The notes: generated from the letters alone by a model not told the origin. 64,000 bases of DNA from Minisyncoccota bacterium (GCA_016927565.1 JAFGMK010000018.1:13119-77118), one strand, 5' to 3'. Positions 36,091 to 45,351 are shown, counted from the stretch's first letter. Translations and numbers: made by a program.

Positions 36091-36852
36091 ATGGAAAAGG
36101 GAATCGGGGCTTTTGATCCTGCTCTTTGGCCAGATCGATCAAAAGGTTATAAAGAATTAGGTTGGGTAAATGCTCGGGGGCCGCTTGAAAAGATGGTGGA
36201 GTTGATTGCGCCTAGGGGAAATGAGATTATTTTGGATGTTGGAACCGGGACTCAGGCGATTCCTAAAGAACTGGCGCCTTTATTGCCTGATGGTTCTATT
36301 CTGGCTTTTGATCTTTCTGCAGATATGTTAAGAGCTGATGGGACGACGAGTGCTGATTTGTTTAGAGCTGATGCTCATCAGATTCCTTTGGCTGAGGGAA
36401 GTGTTGATGTGGTGACAGCAAGAATGATCCTTCACCATTTAGAAAAACCCGATGTGGCTTTGGAAGAGATGTGCCGGGTGTTGGTTCCTGGTGGATTTAT
36501 GGTGGTTAGTGAATATGTGGCTATAGATGAAGAGATTTGGACGTTCGAAAGGGGAGTTTTTGATATTAAGGAGCCAGGAAGACATCTTTGGACTGGGGAT
36601 CAATTGGCATCTTTAATATCTTCGACTTTGGGAGTGGCGGTGGAATTGGACTATGCAATGATGCCGAGATATAGTGTGAGAGATTGGATGGGGAAGAGCG
36701 GATTGTCACCGGAAGTTCAAGAAAGAGTTTTGAATTGTTACCTTTGCGCACCTCAAACAATTGTTAAAAAGATGGGAATTGTTTATTCTGATGGTGATGC
36801 TTTGGTTGATCGTTCTTTTGGTTTTGTTAGAGCGTTCAAACAAGATGAATAA
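36091..36852 (+). CDS. Class I SAM-dependent methyltransferase (Methyltransf_11/UbiE-like)
   Basis: Motif I ILDVGTGTQAI and the post-I acidic DLSADML are present, as is VDVVTARMILHHL. The start was set at ATG 36091, which has an AGGAGAAAAG Shine-Dalgarno sequence. Confidence 0.7.
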   Translation: MEKGIGAFDPALWPDRSKGYKELGWVNARGPLEKMVELIAPRGNEIILDVGTGTQAIPKELAPLLPDGSILAFDLSADMLRADGTTSADLFRADAHQIPLAEGSVDVVTARMILHHLEKPDVALEEMCRVLVPGGFMVVSEYVAIDEEIWTFERGVFDIKEPGRHLWTGDQLASLISSTLGVAVELDYAMMPRYSVRDWMGKSGLSPEVQERVLNCYLCAPQTIVKKMGIVYSDGDALVDRSFGFVRAFKQDE

Positions 36853-37447
36853 AAAGCAATTACAACAGATTGAAGAACTGGCCAGAGTCTTTTATAAAAA
36901 GACGGGCAATTACCATGATTGGGGTCATGTCTTGGCGGTAAAGAAGCATATTTTAAATTTACTGAGGGAGATTGACAGAGCCAATGAAAATCTTTTGTTG
37001 GCGGCATGTTATCTTCACGACATTGGTCGCTCGGTTAAGGATGAAGGTCATCCGGCTGAAAGCGTCCGTCTAGCAAGCCCCTTGCTTAAGAAAGTTGGTC
37101 TTAGTAAAGCGGAAACAGATATTATTTTAGATGCGATTGAGTTTCACACAGCCCCTGAGATTTGTCAGGCAAAGACCTTGGAGGCAAAGATTCTTTTTGA
37201 AGCAGATAAGCTGGAGATTCTTTCAGTGGCTGGTTTTTTGCGGACCCTACTGTTTGTAATTGAAGAAAGGAAGATGAGTTTGTCAGCAGGGCTGGATTTT
37301 CTTTGGAGTTATGCCCGAGAGGTACAAAAGAAATATCTTTGGACAGAGAGAGCTAAGAGTGTTGCCAAAAGGGAGATGAAAGTACTTGGTCAGGTTTATA
37401 TCTTTTATAAAAGATGGCAAAGCCGATATTGGAAACAAAAGGAATAA
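36845..37447 (+). CDS. HD-domain phosphohydrolase
   Basis: H...HD motif: WGHVLAV...LAACYLHDIGR. The start was set at ATG 36845. Confidence 0.65.
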   Translation: MNKKQLQQIEELARVFYKKTGNYHDWGHVLAVKKHILNLLREIDRANENLLLAACYLHDIGRSVKDEGHPAESVRLASPLLKKVGLSKAETDIILDAIEFHTAPEICQAKTLEAKILFEADKLEILSVAGFLRTLLFVIEERKMSLSAGLDFLWSYAREVQKKYLWTERAKSVAKREMKVLGQVYIFYKRWQSRYWKQKE

Positions 37448-38202
37448 CTGTGAAAATTAGAAGCCAGTTAAAACTGGATCCGAAAAAAATTCCTGCCCAT
37501 GTGGCGATTATTATGGACGGGAACCGGCGTTGGGCGGCTAAACACGGTTTGGGGCCGGTCGATGGCCATTGCCAAGCGGCTCAAGAAGCGATTGAGCCCC
37601 TGATCAAAGCAGCAATTGGGTTGGGGATTAAGTATTTAACTCTCTGGGCGTGGAGCACCGAAAACTGGCGCCGGGATAAAATTGAAGTGAACGGGATCAT
37701 GAAGCTTTTCAGTAATGGTCTTAAAGACAATCTGGAGCGGTTTCAGAAAATGGGAGTGAGGTTGAATTACCTGGGTGATTTGTCCCGCTTTTCGAAGGCA
37801 ATCAGCCGGCGGGTTTTAAATCTGGTTAAGAAATCAAAAGAGAACAAGGTGATCACCGTGACTTTTGCGCTAAACTATGGCGGCCGGGATGAGATTTTAA
37901 GAGCGGTTAAAAGGCTGATTAAGACGGGAAGAAAAGTTTCTGAGATTGATGAGAATCTTTTTGCCAGTTGCCTTGATACTGCCGGAATGCCTGATCCGGA
38001 TTTGGTCATCAGGACCGGTGGCGCCAATCGTCTTTCCGGATTTTTACCCTGGCAGGCAGTTTACTCGGAGTTTTACTTTACGCCGGTCCTGATGCCGGAT
38101 TTTACTCCCGGGAAGCTTAAGAAGGCGATTGCTTCTTTTCAGAAAAGGGAACGCCGCTTTGGCGGCGGCAGTTTTTCTGTTTACCGGAAAAATAAGGGAT
38201 AG
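37414..38202 (+). CDS. uppS: Undecaprenyl diphosphate synthase (cis-prenyltransferase)
   Basis: HVAIIMDGNRRWA...YLTLWAWSTENWRR...IRTGGANRLSGFLPWQAVYSEFYF is the canonical UppS sequence. Confidence 0.9.
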   Translation: MAKPILETKGITVKIRSQLKLDPKKIPAHVAIIMDGNRRWAAKHGLGPVDGHCQAAQEAIEPLIKAAIGLGIKYLTLWAWSTENWRRDKIEVNGIMKLFSNGLKDNLERFQKMGVRLNYLGDLSRFSKAISRRVLNLVKKSKENKVITVTFALNYGGRDEILRAVKRLIKTGRKVSEIDENLFASCLDTAGMPDPDLVIRTGGANRLSGFLPWQAVYSEFYFTPVLMPDFTPGKLKKAIASFQKRERRFGGGSFSVYRKNKG

Positions 38203-38221
38203 TTTCTGAGAAAGGAACTTT

Positions 38222-38839
38222 TTAAAGAGATTCTGGAACTCCGGAAATGGTTTTGATGATTTGGTAAAGCCAGTAAGAAGCAATAACGATGGCGAAGCCA
38301 ATGACGGCGTTGGTTAAAATCTTTTGGCCGGCCGCGGCCGATTTGGGATCGCCGCTGGAGGTCAAAAGCTGGAAACCGCCCTTGATGATAAAGACCAAAA
38401 GAATCAGGCCGGCGGCAACGAACAGATAGGGTAAGATTTGACCAATTACGCCACCCAGGCTCTCATTGGCAAAGGTAAAGCCGGGGGTTTTGAGGAAATC
38501 AGGCAAGTCATCGTAGTCCGGCAACCCCGAACCTATCGGAGAGCCAAGTGTTGGAGTCGGGAGAACTGGAGTGGGAGTAGGATCGCTGGCTAGCTGGCAG
38601 ATACCGCGCGGGTTGGTATCCCAACAAACTTCAACGCCGACCTCGCAGGAAATGGGACCACTGCTTCCTGGAGTTATGGTGTAGCAGTCGTTTTGACTGG
38701 GTCGGTAATACCAGTTTTCCGGACAGCAGAATCCGCCGACGGTGGCTTGAGCCTGCGGCTTGGTTAAAAGAGTAATCAATGGAAAAATAACCAAAAGCAA
38801 AAAGATTATTTTTGCGAAGAAGAAGAATTTCTTTTTCAT
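38222..38839 (-). CDS. Pilin-domain fusion: signal peptide, Cys-rich ectodomain, then a C-terminal T4SS-pilin-like module
   Basis: The C-terminus ILPYLFVAAGLILLVFIIKGGFQLLTSSGDPKSAAAGQKILTNAVIGFAIVIASYWLYQII aligns with the pilin paralogues at 30955-33357. The N-terminal 110 aa contain 7 Cys. Confidence 0.55.
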   Translation of the reverse strand: MKKKFFFFAKIIFLLLVIFPLITLLTKPQAQATVGGFCCPENWYYRPSQNDCYTITPGSSGPISCEVGVEVCWDTNPRGICQLASDPTPTPVLPTPTLGSPIGSGLPDYDDLPDFLKTPGFTFANESLGGVIGQILPYLFVAAGLILLVFIIKGGFQLLTSSGDPKSAAAGQKILTNAVIGFAIVIASYWLYQIIKTISGVPESL

Positions 38840-38860
38840 TGTCTTGATAAATCCGTAAGC

Positions 38861-39619
38861 TTAATCCAATCCCGGTATCTGCAATATGTTGACGCCGATG
38901 AGCCTTAAAATGAAGATGGCAAAGATGATTAACAGGAGTCCGCTGATGGCGGCGGTTAAAAGCTCTCTGCCGGCCTGGACCCGCTCAGGTTTGCCGGAAG
39001 CAGTCAAAATCATAAAGCCGGCAATGACCATAAGAATAAAGGCAACTCCACCGGCAATGGCCATGGCGCGACCGATGAGCCAGGGACTAAACTGGTCAGC
39101 TCTGGTCGGAATGCAACCCAAGGCGGTCTTGGTTCCGGTAAGCTCGCCATTAATGAGACATTGAACATCGGGTAATTTTCTGGCTTGGCATTCACAACCA
39201 ATGCAGTTTACGGTATCAATGATGACCGGCCGGGTGTCTTCGGGACAGCGGCCGACCTCGTCGTTTTGGATGGGAACACAGCCGAAAAAGGTTTTGTTAG
39301 TTCCGCAGCCGCCGCCTTCGGGAGTGCGGGTCGGAGTGGGCTTAGGAACAGCACAGGCGCCGGCATTGTCAGGGGTCTGTTCACAAATTTCCCCGGGGTC
39401 GCAATTAATGGGTTGTGAAGTTCCCGGAGTTCGACCAATGCAGCGGCCGGAGCTAGGAGAATAATAATACTCGGACGCGATATCACAACAAGGGTCACCA
39501 GGAGCGGCTTGAGCCTGAGATTTTATAACTGAACCCATCAGTGGGAGGAGAATTAAGAGCCAAACAGCGGTTTTCGTTAAAAACGAAACAATCCTTTTCA
39601 TATGCTTTAATTTTAACAT
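38861..39619 (-). CDS. Pilin-domain fusion: signal peptide, Cys-rich ectodomain (about 14 Cys), then a C-terminal T4SS-pilin-like module
   Basis: The C-terminus LIGRAMAIAGGVAFILMVIAGFMILTASGKPERVQAGRELLTAAISGLLLIIFAIFILRLI matches the pilin module. Confidence 0.55.
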   Translation of the reverse strand: MLKLKHMKRIVSFLTKTAVWLLILLPLMGSVIKSQAQAAPGDPCCDIASEYYYSPSSGRCIGRTPGTSQPINCDPGEICEQTPDNAGACAVPKPTPTRTPEGGGCGTNKTFFGCVPIQNDEVGRCPEDTRPVIIDTVNCIGCECQARKLPDVQCLINGELTGTKTALGCIPTRADQFSPWLIGRAMAIAGGVAFILMVIAGFMILTASGKPERVQAGRELLTAAISGLLLIIFAIFILRLIGVNILQIPGLD

Positions 39620-39711
39620 AAAAAAGATTCCAGATACAAGAGGGAAGCGAAGACCGCCCTCAAAAAGATGGTATTATAAAAAAGGCAGAATAGTCAAATA
39701 GCAAAAAGGCG

Positions 39712-39862
39712 GGAGATTATTGAATAAAGTCTTGATCCATTGTCATTCTGACCCTGCCTTGTCATTCAGAGGCCGAAGGCCGAAGAATCCCTTCGGGTTC
39801 AAGCCGGGGATTCTTCGCTTCTTTCAGGATGACGGCGAGAAAATTTTTATTCAACAGTCTCA
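39712..39862 (+). repeat. Structured roughly 150-nt intergenic element, family copy C (candidate ncRNA or cis-leader)
   Basis: About 90% identical to the copy at 625-771, with a diverged copy at 10056-10186. The closing stem is GUCAUUCUGA/UCAGGAUGAC. An inner perfect 11-bp stem is CGAAGAAUCCC/GGGAUUCUUCG, and there is a GGCC-GAA-GGCC hairpin. Confidence 0.6.
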
Positions 39863-39889
39863 AAAAGACAGGCATGATAGCTGAGATAA

Positions 39890-41671
39890 TTGATGAATAA
39901 ATCCCTAAAAGCAGTTAAAAAAGTTTTTCTCCTAAGCCTGATTGCTTTGTTTTTTTGGGCCCTTTTTTCTTTGGAAGAAGTCAGGCAAAATTTTGTTTTT
40001 GCCGCCACTTGCGACACGGCCGATTGCGGCAGTATTGAAGAGTGTCAGCAAAAACAAAACGAATGTTGGGAGATTTGGGGCTTGTATGACGTGGCTAATG
40101 AAAAAAACAAAGAGGAGCTGGCAGTTTTAAAAAAAAGACTGGATGAAATTGTAATTGGCCTGTCAAAGGCCCAGGATCAGATCGATCAATTGGAAAAAAG
40201 CATTGTCCGGCAGGAAGAGGTTTTAAAAAGCAAAGAAAAAGTTTTTGCTTTCCGGGTTCGCAGTTTTTATAAAAGAAGCTATCAATTTTCCCCTTTGCTG
40301 GTTTTTTTAGCATCGAACACAGCCTCTTCGTTGACCCGGGAACTTTCTTACCGCCAAGCGGCGGCAGACGAGGACAGAAAGGCGATTGCCAGTCTCTCGA
40401 TCAGTTTGAATAATCTTGAGAAAGACAAGCAGTCACTGGAGGAAAAAGGAGCCTGGCTGGAGAAAACTCAGGCTGAAATCAGTCAGACAACTTTGTTTTT
40501 AGATCGGGAAGTTGCCAAAGCCGAGGCCTACTTGGGCAGTCTGAAAGGGAGAATTGCCCAATTATCAGCCAAACAAGAGGCTTTATTAGCGGCCAGAGCC
40601 GGGACTTTTACCACCAGTGTGGGCGAGGTGCCGATTTCAAATATTCCCTGTTCCGGTCCGCCCGGCAGTCCTTCTTTTTGTGACCCGGGCGGGGGAGATT
40701 GGTTTGGGGCCTTTTCTTTCGGCGGCTGGACTCACCGGAAAGGGATGAGTCAGTATGGCGCTAAGGGCCGGGCTGAAGCCGGTCAAAATGCCAGCCAGAT
40801 TCTTCAGGCTTATTACGGTCGGGAACCGGTCGGCAAAGACACCGGAGGAGCAATCCAGGTAACTGGAATTGGCGCCCTGGATTTTGAGAATTACTATTTG
40901 ATGGGAATTGCCGAAATGCCTTCCGGTTGGTCTCAGGAGGCTCTCAGGGCTCAGGCGATTGCCGCCCGGAGCTTTGCCTACCGGTATAAGAGCCAGGGTC
41001 GGGCGATTTGTACTACTCAGGCATGCCAGGTTTTTTCCAGTTCTAAAGCTAATAATCCGCCGTCAGCCTGGCGGCAGGCGGTTGAATCAACCCGGGGTCA
41101 GGTGATTGAAGAAGTGGTGGCTTTTTATTCTTCGACGGCCGGCGGGTATTTAACTTATCCGACCGGTCTTTGGGATACAATCGACGGTCAGGGCGGGCCG
41201 GGATTTGCTTCCCGAGCTTGGGAAAGCAAGGCCGGTTCACCCTGGTTTTATTCCAGTTGGTATACTCAGAATTTCACTGCCAGCTCGGCCAAGTGCGGCC
41301 GATCTCACCCCTGGCTAACCGCTGAGGAAATGGCTGATATCTTAAATGCCTGGCAGGTTTTAACTCATCAGGAAAATGACAGCCGGATTTTGCCGGAAAC
41401 TATTAATCAGTGTCCGATAGGCGGGGTTTCAGGCAGTCCTTATTCCAAAATTGAGTTAAAGGAACGGGCGGAAAGTCTTGGCCGCGGTTTTTCCCGTGTT
41501 TCCGGAGTAACGGTAATTTATAGTCAAAACGGAGAGACCAGTTCGGTTAATCTGGAAACTGACCGGGGTTCAGTTAGCCTTGCCGGCTCAGAGTTTAAAC
41601 AGGCTTTTAATCTTCGAGCGCCCGGTTATATTGCTATCCGCAGTCCTCTATTTAGTATTGAGAGGAAATAG
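39890..41671 (+). CDS. SpoIID/LytB-domain protein (amidase enhancer family) with an N-terminal anchor and coiled coil
   Basis: YYLMGIAEMPSGWSQEALRAQAIAARSFAY matches the SpoIID core. The N-terminus has a TM helix followed by a heptad-rich coiled-coil region. Confidence 0.7.
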   Translation: MMNKSLKAVKKVFLLSLIALFFWALFSLEEVRQNFVFAATCDTADCGSIEECQQKQNECWEIWGLYDVANEKNKEELAVLKKRLDEIVIGLSKAQDQIDQLEKSIVRQEEVLKSKEKVFAFRVRSFYKRSYQFSPLLVFLASNTASSLTRELSYRQAAADEDRKAIASLSISLNNLEKDKQSLEEKGAWLEKTQAEISQTTLFLDREVAKAEAYLGSLKGRIAQLSAKQEALLAARAGTFTTSVGEVPISNIPCSGPPGSPSFCDPGGGDWFGAFSFGGWTHRKGMSQYGAKGRAEAGQNASQILQAYYGREPVGKDTGGAIQVTGIGALDFENYYLMGIAEMPSGWSQEALRAQAIAARSFAYRYKSQGRAICTTQACQVFSSSKANNPPSAWRQAVESTRGQVIEEVVAFYSSTAGGYLTYPTGLWDTIDGQGGPGFASRAWESKAGSPWFYSSWYTQNFTASSAKCGRSHPWLTAEEMADILNAWQVLTHQENDSRILPETINQCPIGGVSGSPYSKIELKERAESLGRGFSRVSGVTVIYSQNGETSSVNLETDRGSVSLAGSEFKQAFNLRAPGYIAIRSPLFSIERK

Positions 41672-41695
41672 TATAATCAAAGCTAAAGAGAAAAA

Positions 41696-42328
41696 ATGAC
41701 TAAGCAGAACCCGAAGGCGGTTATTGAGGATAAGCGGCCGGAATTAGAAAAAGTCAAAGAAGAGAAAAAGGCCCATCCTATGGCTGCCTTTGTTCCGGTG
41801 CCCAGCAATTGGCGATTTGAAACCCAGGAAAAGAAAGAAAAGATTATTCTTTTGCTCCGGCGCCATTGGTTTACTAATCTGAGCTGGTTTCTGGCCGGAG
41901 TCTTCTTTTTTATTTTACCCGGAATTCTTTTCTTATTTGTTTCTTTCGATTTTATGCCGTTGCGTTTTCGAGTTGTCGGATTGGTGATTTGGTATTTAGT
42001 TTTAGCCGGATATTTTTTTGAACGCTTCTTAAATTGGTATTTTAATGTTTTTATCATTACCGATGAAAGGATTATTGATTTTGACTTTTTTGGTCTGATT
42101 TACAAGGAAGTCTCTGATGCTAAAATTGAAGATATTCAGGATGTGACCTATCGGGTAGGCGGTTTCGTCAGGAATTTGTTTGATTTCGGGGATGTTTTTT
42201 TTCAAACCTCGGCCGAACTTCCAAGGTTTGAGTTTCGTGATGTTCCTCAACCGGCCCGGGTAGCCAGAGTTCTGCGGGAGTTAATTACGGAAGAGGAAAT
42301 CGAAAAAATGGAAGGCAGGATCAGATAA
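41696..42328 (+). CDS. Membrane protein with a bacterial PH (bPH_2/YdbT-like) domain
   Basis: Two TM helices are followed by NVFIITDERIIDFDFFGLIYKEVSDAKIEDIQ. Confidence 0.5.
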   Translation: MTKQNPKAVIEDKRPELEKVKEEKKAHPMAAFVPVPSNWRFETQEKKEKIILLLRRHWFTNLSWFLAGVFFFILPGILFLFVSFDFMPLRFRVVGLVIWYLVLAGYFFERFLNWYFNVFIITDERIIDFDFFGLIYKEVSDAKIEDIQDVTYRVGGFVRNLFDFGDVFFQTSAELPRFEFRDVPQPARVARVLRELITEEEIEKMEGRIR

Positions 42329-42344
42329 TAATCTTTTAAAAAAT

Positions 42345-42596
42345 ATGACAGAATCACCTTTTGCTGAAATCTCGGGAGGATTGGTTGGTCTGAACCTTGG
42401 ATTATGGGGGCTGGTGAAGTTGGGGGTAGTCCTCGGTCTGCTTATCTATGTTGGTTTTGCCGTGATGATCTTGAGACAGGTGGGTTTAATGAACCAGTCT
42501 TTGAGTGCCGACCTCAGTTTGCGATTGAACTATTTAGCCCGTTTTTATTTGACAGCCACAATTATTGTTTTTTTTATCGCCCTCATCTTCCTTTGA
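42345..42596 (+). CDS. Small membrane protein (two TM helices)
   Basis: An 83-aa hydrophobic ORF in the same orientation as its neighbours. Confidence 0.3.
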   Translation: MTESPFAEISGGLVGLNLGLWGLVKLGVVLGLLIYVGFAVMILRQVGLMNQSLSADLSLRLNYLARFYLTATIIVFFIALIFL

Positions 42597-42605
42597 AAAA
42601 AGAGA

Positions 42606-44432
42606 ATGCTGAATTTTTGTTTTGAGATTGCCAAAATTGTGGGGGCTTCAACTGACCGGGCTTGGGCTCAGGTTCATACTTTTTTGCCGATCCAATCAGA
42701 AAAACTTGAGAAAAGGGGTCAGCTTCTGGCTGTTTTTTCCCTGAGGAAAACCGGGGAAGGGAGTGAAATTGCCGCTTTCGGGCGGGAGGTGATTACCCGA
42801 TTTCATGAAGAGTATTTTGGCCGTTTGGGGGGCTCGATTCATCGCTGTCTCAGACAGGCGGTTGCCAAAGTGGCGGCAGAGGCCGCCGGAGGTTTTGAGA
42901 TTGAAATCGTGGCGGCTGTTTTGGGATCGGGAGCGGTTTTTTTGGTTGCCTTTGGTCCGGGGAAAGTTTTTTTAAAACGGAATGGTTCTTTAGCAGTTAT
43001 TTGTAGCGGCAAAAGAGGAAAGATTGTTTCTTCCAGCGGTTATCCTCAAAAAGGCGACTTTTTCTTTTTGACTAATCGGCGCCTGGGGGAAAATCTGGCT
43101 GAGGGAACTTTACAGGCAGTTTTGGGAGGATGTCTGGTTCGGGAATCAGCCGAAATTTTAGCCCCCTTTGCCTATCAAAAAAGAGGTCTTTCGACTCCGG
43201 CAGGAGTAGTTGCTGAGATAAGGTCGGCAGAAAGGATAATCGAGGAAGAGAAAAAACAAAAGAGAAAAAAAAGCCGCTTGCTAAAAATAAAACCGGCTCT
43301 CAAAAAACCGTTGTTTTTTAAGTCAGCGGCTGCCAATAAAAGGAGAAAATCTGAAGTGGCTTTCGGAGTGGTTTTTGCTTCAGCTCTTCTTTTAGCAGCT
43401 AGTTTGATCCGGGGCGGTTTAAAGAAGGCCGGATTTTGGCAGCCGTCGGAAGACTCTGTGATTAGTCAACAGATCCAAGTTAAAATTAACGATGCCCAGT
43501 CTTTGATTGACCTTAACCCCACTCGGTCGAAACAGCTTTTTTTGGAAGCCGAGCAGATGCTGGATGATTTGACTGACAGGAGAGCGGCAGAGATTATCCC
43601 GGAATTCAGGCAGGTGATTCTGACAGGCCTGAGGCTGATATCGGGAGAACACGTCCTGGACCGGCTGCCCCTTTTTTTTGATTTGGAAATTATTAAAGAA
43701 AACGGCCGGGGCGAGAGTTTGGCTCTGGGAGGTGAAAGCTTGTTGGTCTTGGATATCGGCAGTCAGGTTATTTATCAGCTGGAAATTTCAGACAGGAAGG
43801 GAGAAATTTTGGCCGGAGGGGAGATTTTGGAGGGAGCGGTTGGTTTGACGGTTTCGCTTCAGGAAATCTTTGTCCTTACCGCCCGAGGGGTAGTTCAGAT
43901 GGGAATAAGAGATGATGGTGTGGTGCAGATAATAGAAGCGGATAGTAATTGGCAGGAGCCGGTTAGTCTTAATTTCTTCGGAGACAATCTTTACCTTTGG
44001 GACAGAGGCCGTTTGGATTTATATCGTTATCCGGCAGTTGAGTCGGGCTTCGGACCGCGGCAATTTTGGCTTAGGGAAAAAAGAGAAAATTTAAAAGGAG
44101 TTGTTTCGGTCGCGATTGATGGCGCGGTTTGGTTCTTGAAAGAAGACGGGGAAGTTCTAAAATTTACTCGCGGGACGGCAGAAGATTTTTCGGTGGTTGG
44201 TCTTGAAGAGCCGTTTGCTTCTCCCCGGAAAATTTTTACCGGGCCGGATCTGGAGCGGCTTTATATTTTGGATTCAGAAAACCGGCGGGTAGTCATTTTG
44301 GGAAAAGACGGCCGGTATGAATCCCAGTATAAATGGTCGGAAGAAAGAATTGAAGATCTGGTTGTTTCGGAAGAGAGAGGGAAAATTTGGTTGTTGGGGG
44401 AAAATAAGATTTACGAGATGGAGTTGGAATGA
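42606..44432 (+). CDS. Hypothetical 608-aa protein with one central TM helix and a repeat-containing (beta-propeller-like) C-terminal half
   Basis: A long ORF. C-terminal repeats of the type LYLWDRGRLDLYRY, VWFLKEDGEVLKF and LYILDSENRRVVILGKDGRY are present. Confidence 0.4.
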   Translation: MLNFCFEIAKIVGASTDRAWAQVHTFLPIQSEKLEKRGQLLAVFSLRKTGEGSEIAAFGREVITRFHEEYFGRLGGSIHRCLRQAVAKVAAEAAGGFEIEIVAAVLGSGAVFLVAFGPGKVFLKRNGSLAVICSGKRGKIVSSSGYPQKGDFFFLTNRRLGENLAEGTLQAVLGGCLVRESAEILAPFAYQKRGLSTPAGVVAEIRSAERIIEEEKKQKRKKSRLLKIKPALKKPLFFKSAAANKRRKSEVAFGVVFASALLLAASLIRGGLKKAGFWQPSEDSVISQQIQVKINDAQSLIDLNPTRSKQLFLEAEQMLDDLTDRRAAEIIPEFRQVILTGLRLISGEHVLDRLPLFFDLEIIKENGRGESLALGGESLLVLDIGSQVIYQLEISDRKGEILAGGEILEGAVGLTVSLQEIFVLTARGVVQMGIRDDGVVQIIEADSNWQEPVSLNFFGDNLYLWDRGRLDLYRYPAVESGFGPRQFWLREKRENLKGVVSVAIDGAVWFLKEDGEVLKFTRGTAEDFSVVGLEEPFASPRKIFTGPDLERLYILDSENRRVVILGKDGRYESQYKWSEERIEDLVVSEERGKIWLLGENKIYEMELE

Positions 44433-44920
44433 CAGGCAATAGGGGCAAGGTAATGAGGAAAGGAAAAAAGAGTTTTATGAAAGTTTTTAACCGGCGGGCA
44501 AAATATGATTATTATCTTCTGGAAAAATTTGAAGCGGGAATTGTTTTGACCGGAGCTGAAGTTAAATCGGTCAGAGAGAATAAAATTAAGCTGGCAGAAA
44601 GTTTTGTTCGGTTAAGAGAGGATGGGGCTTATCTGGTTAACGCTCATATTTCTCCCTACCGATATGCCCGAAACCAGTCTTATCAGCCAACCAGATCCCG
44701 CCGCCTTCTGCTTCATAAAAAACAAATTCTTTCTTTGATGAAAAAGATGGAGGGCCGGGGTTTGGCTTTGGTTCCGTATAGTTGTTATCTTAAAAGAAAC
44801 AAAATTAAACTGGGGATTGCTTTGGCTCGGGGAAAGAAAAAATGGGACAAGAGGGAGGCAGTTAAAAAGAGAGATTTAAAAAGAGAAGCGGAAAGGGAAC
44901 TTCGGGCCTATGAGAGTTGA
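44429..44920 (+). CDS. smpB: SsrA-binding protein SmpB
   Basis: NRRAKYDYYLLEKFEAGIVLTGAEVKSVRENKIKLAESFV...HKKQI is the SmpB sequence. The true start is probably an internal ATG, at 44453 or 44477. Confidence 0.9.
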   Translation: MTGNRGKVMRKGKKSFMKVFNRRAKYDYYLLEKFEAGIVLTGAEVKSVRENKIKLAESFVRLREDGAYLVNAHISPYRYARNQSYQPTRSRRLLLHKKQILSLMKKMEGRGLALVPYSCYLKRNKIKLGIALARGKKKWDKREAVKKRDLKREAERELRAYES

Positions 44921-44955
44921 TTTCAGGGTCTTGATTTGGTAGAATGCTTCTCATT

Positions 44956-45343
44956 GGGGACGAAAGGTTTCGACGGAGCCGGCTCTTTAACAACTGCAAG
45001 CCGCCGTTGATTCATCGGCGTTAAACAGAATCAAAAAAATAAATGCTGAAGACGAAGATTTCAGCGGTTCTTATGCTTATGGCAATTTTGTCTACGCAAC
45101 CTTGCCTTGCTAAGACCTGTCTTTGAGATTCTTTCCTGATGGAGTCTTTAAAGGCATAAACCCAGTCAGGATGCCGTCTTAAAACAGTTGACTAGCGGTT
45201 TAAGATCAAGCCTAATTAGTCTTAGCCCCGCTTTCCGGTTGGCAGGATCAGGCTGGGGTGAAAAAAAATAAAAGCCGACTAAGCTTGTAGAAGTTGTTGA
45301 AAGTATGTTTCGGACCCCGGTTCAAATCCGGGCGTCTCCACCA
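44956..45343 (+). ncRNA. ssrA: tmRNA (ssrA)
   Basis: The 5' end GGGGACGAAAGGUUUCGACGG is paired with the 3' end GGUUCAAAUCCGGGCGUCUCCACCA. This gives a tRNA-Ala-like acceptor with the G3:U70 pair, a T-arm and CCA. It lies immediately downstream of smpB. Confidence 0.8.
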
Positions 45344-45351
45344 AAGAAAAA

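Noticed and set aside
42606-43100. PP2C phosphatase call, suggested by the N-terminal GASTDR
   Set aside because: The essential metal-binding DGxGG/DGMGG motifs are missing. I therefore left it as hypothetical.
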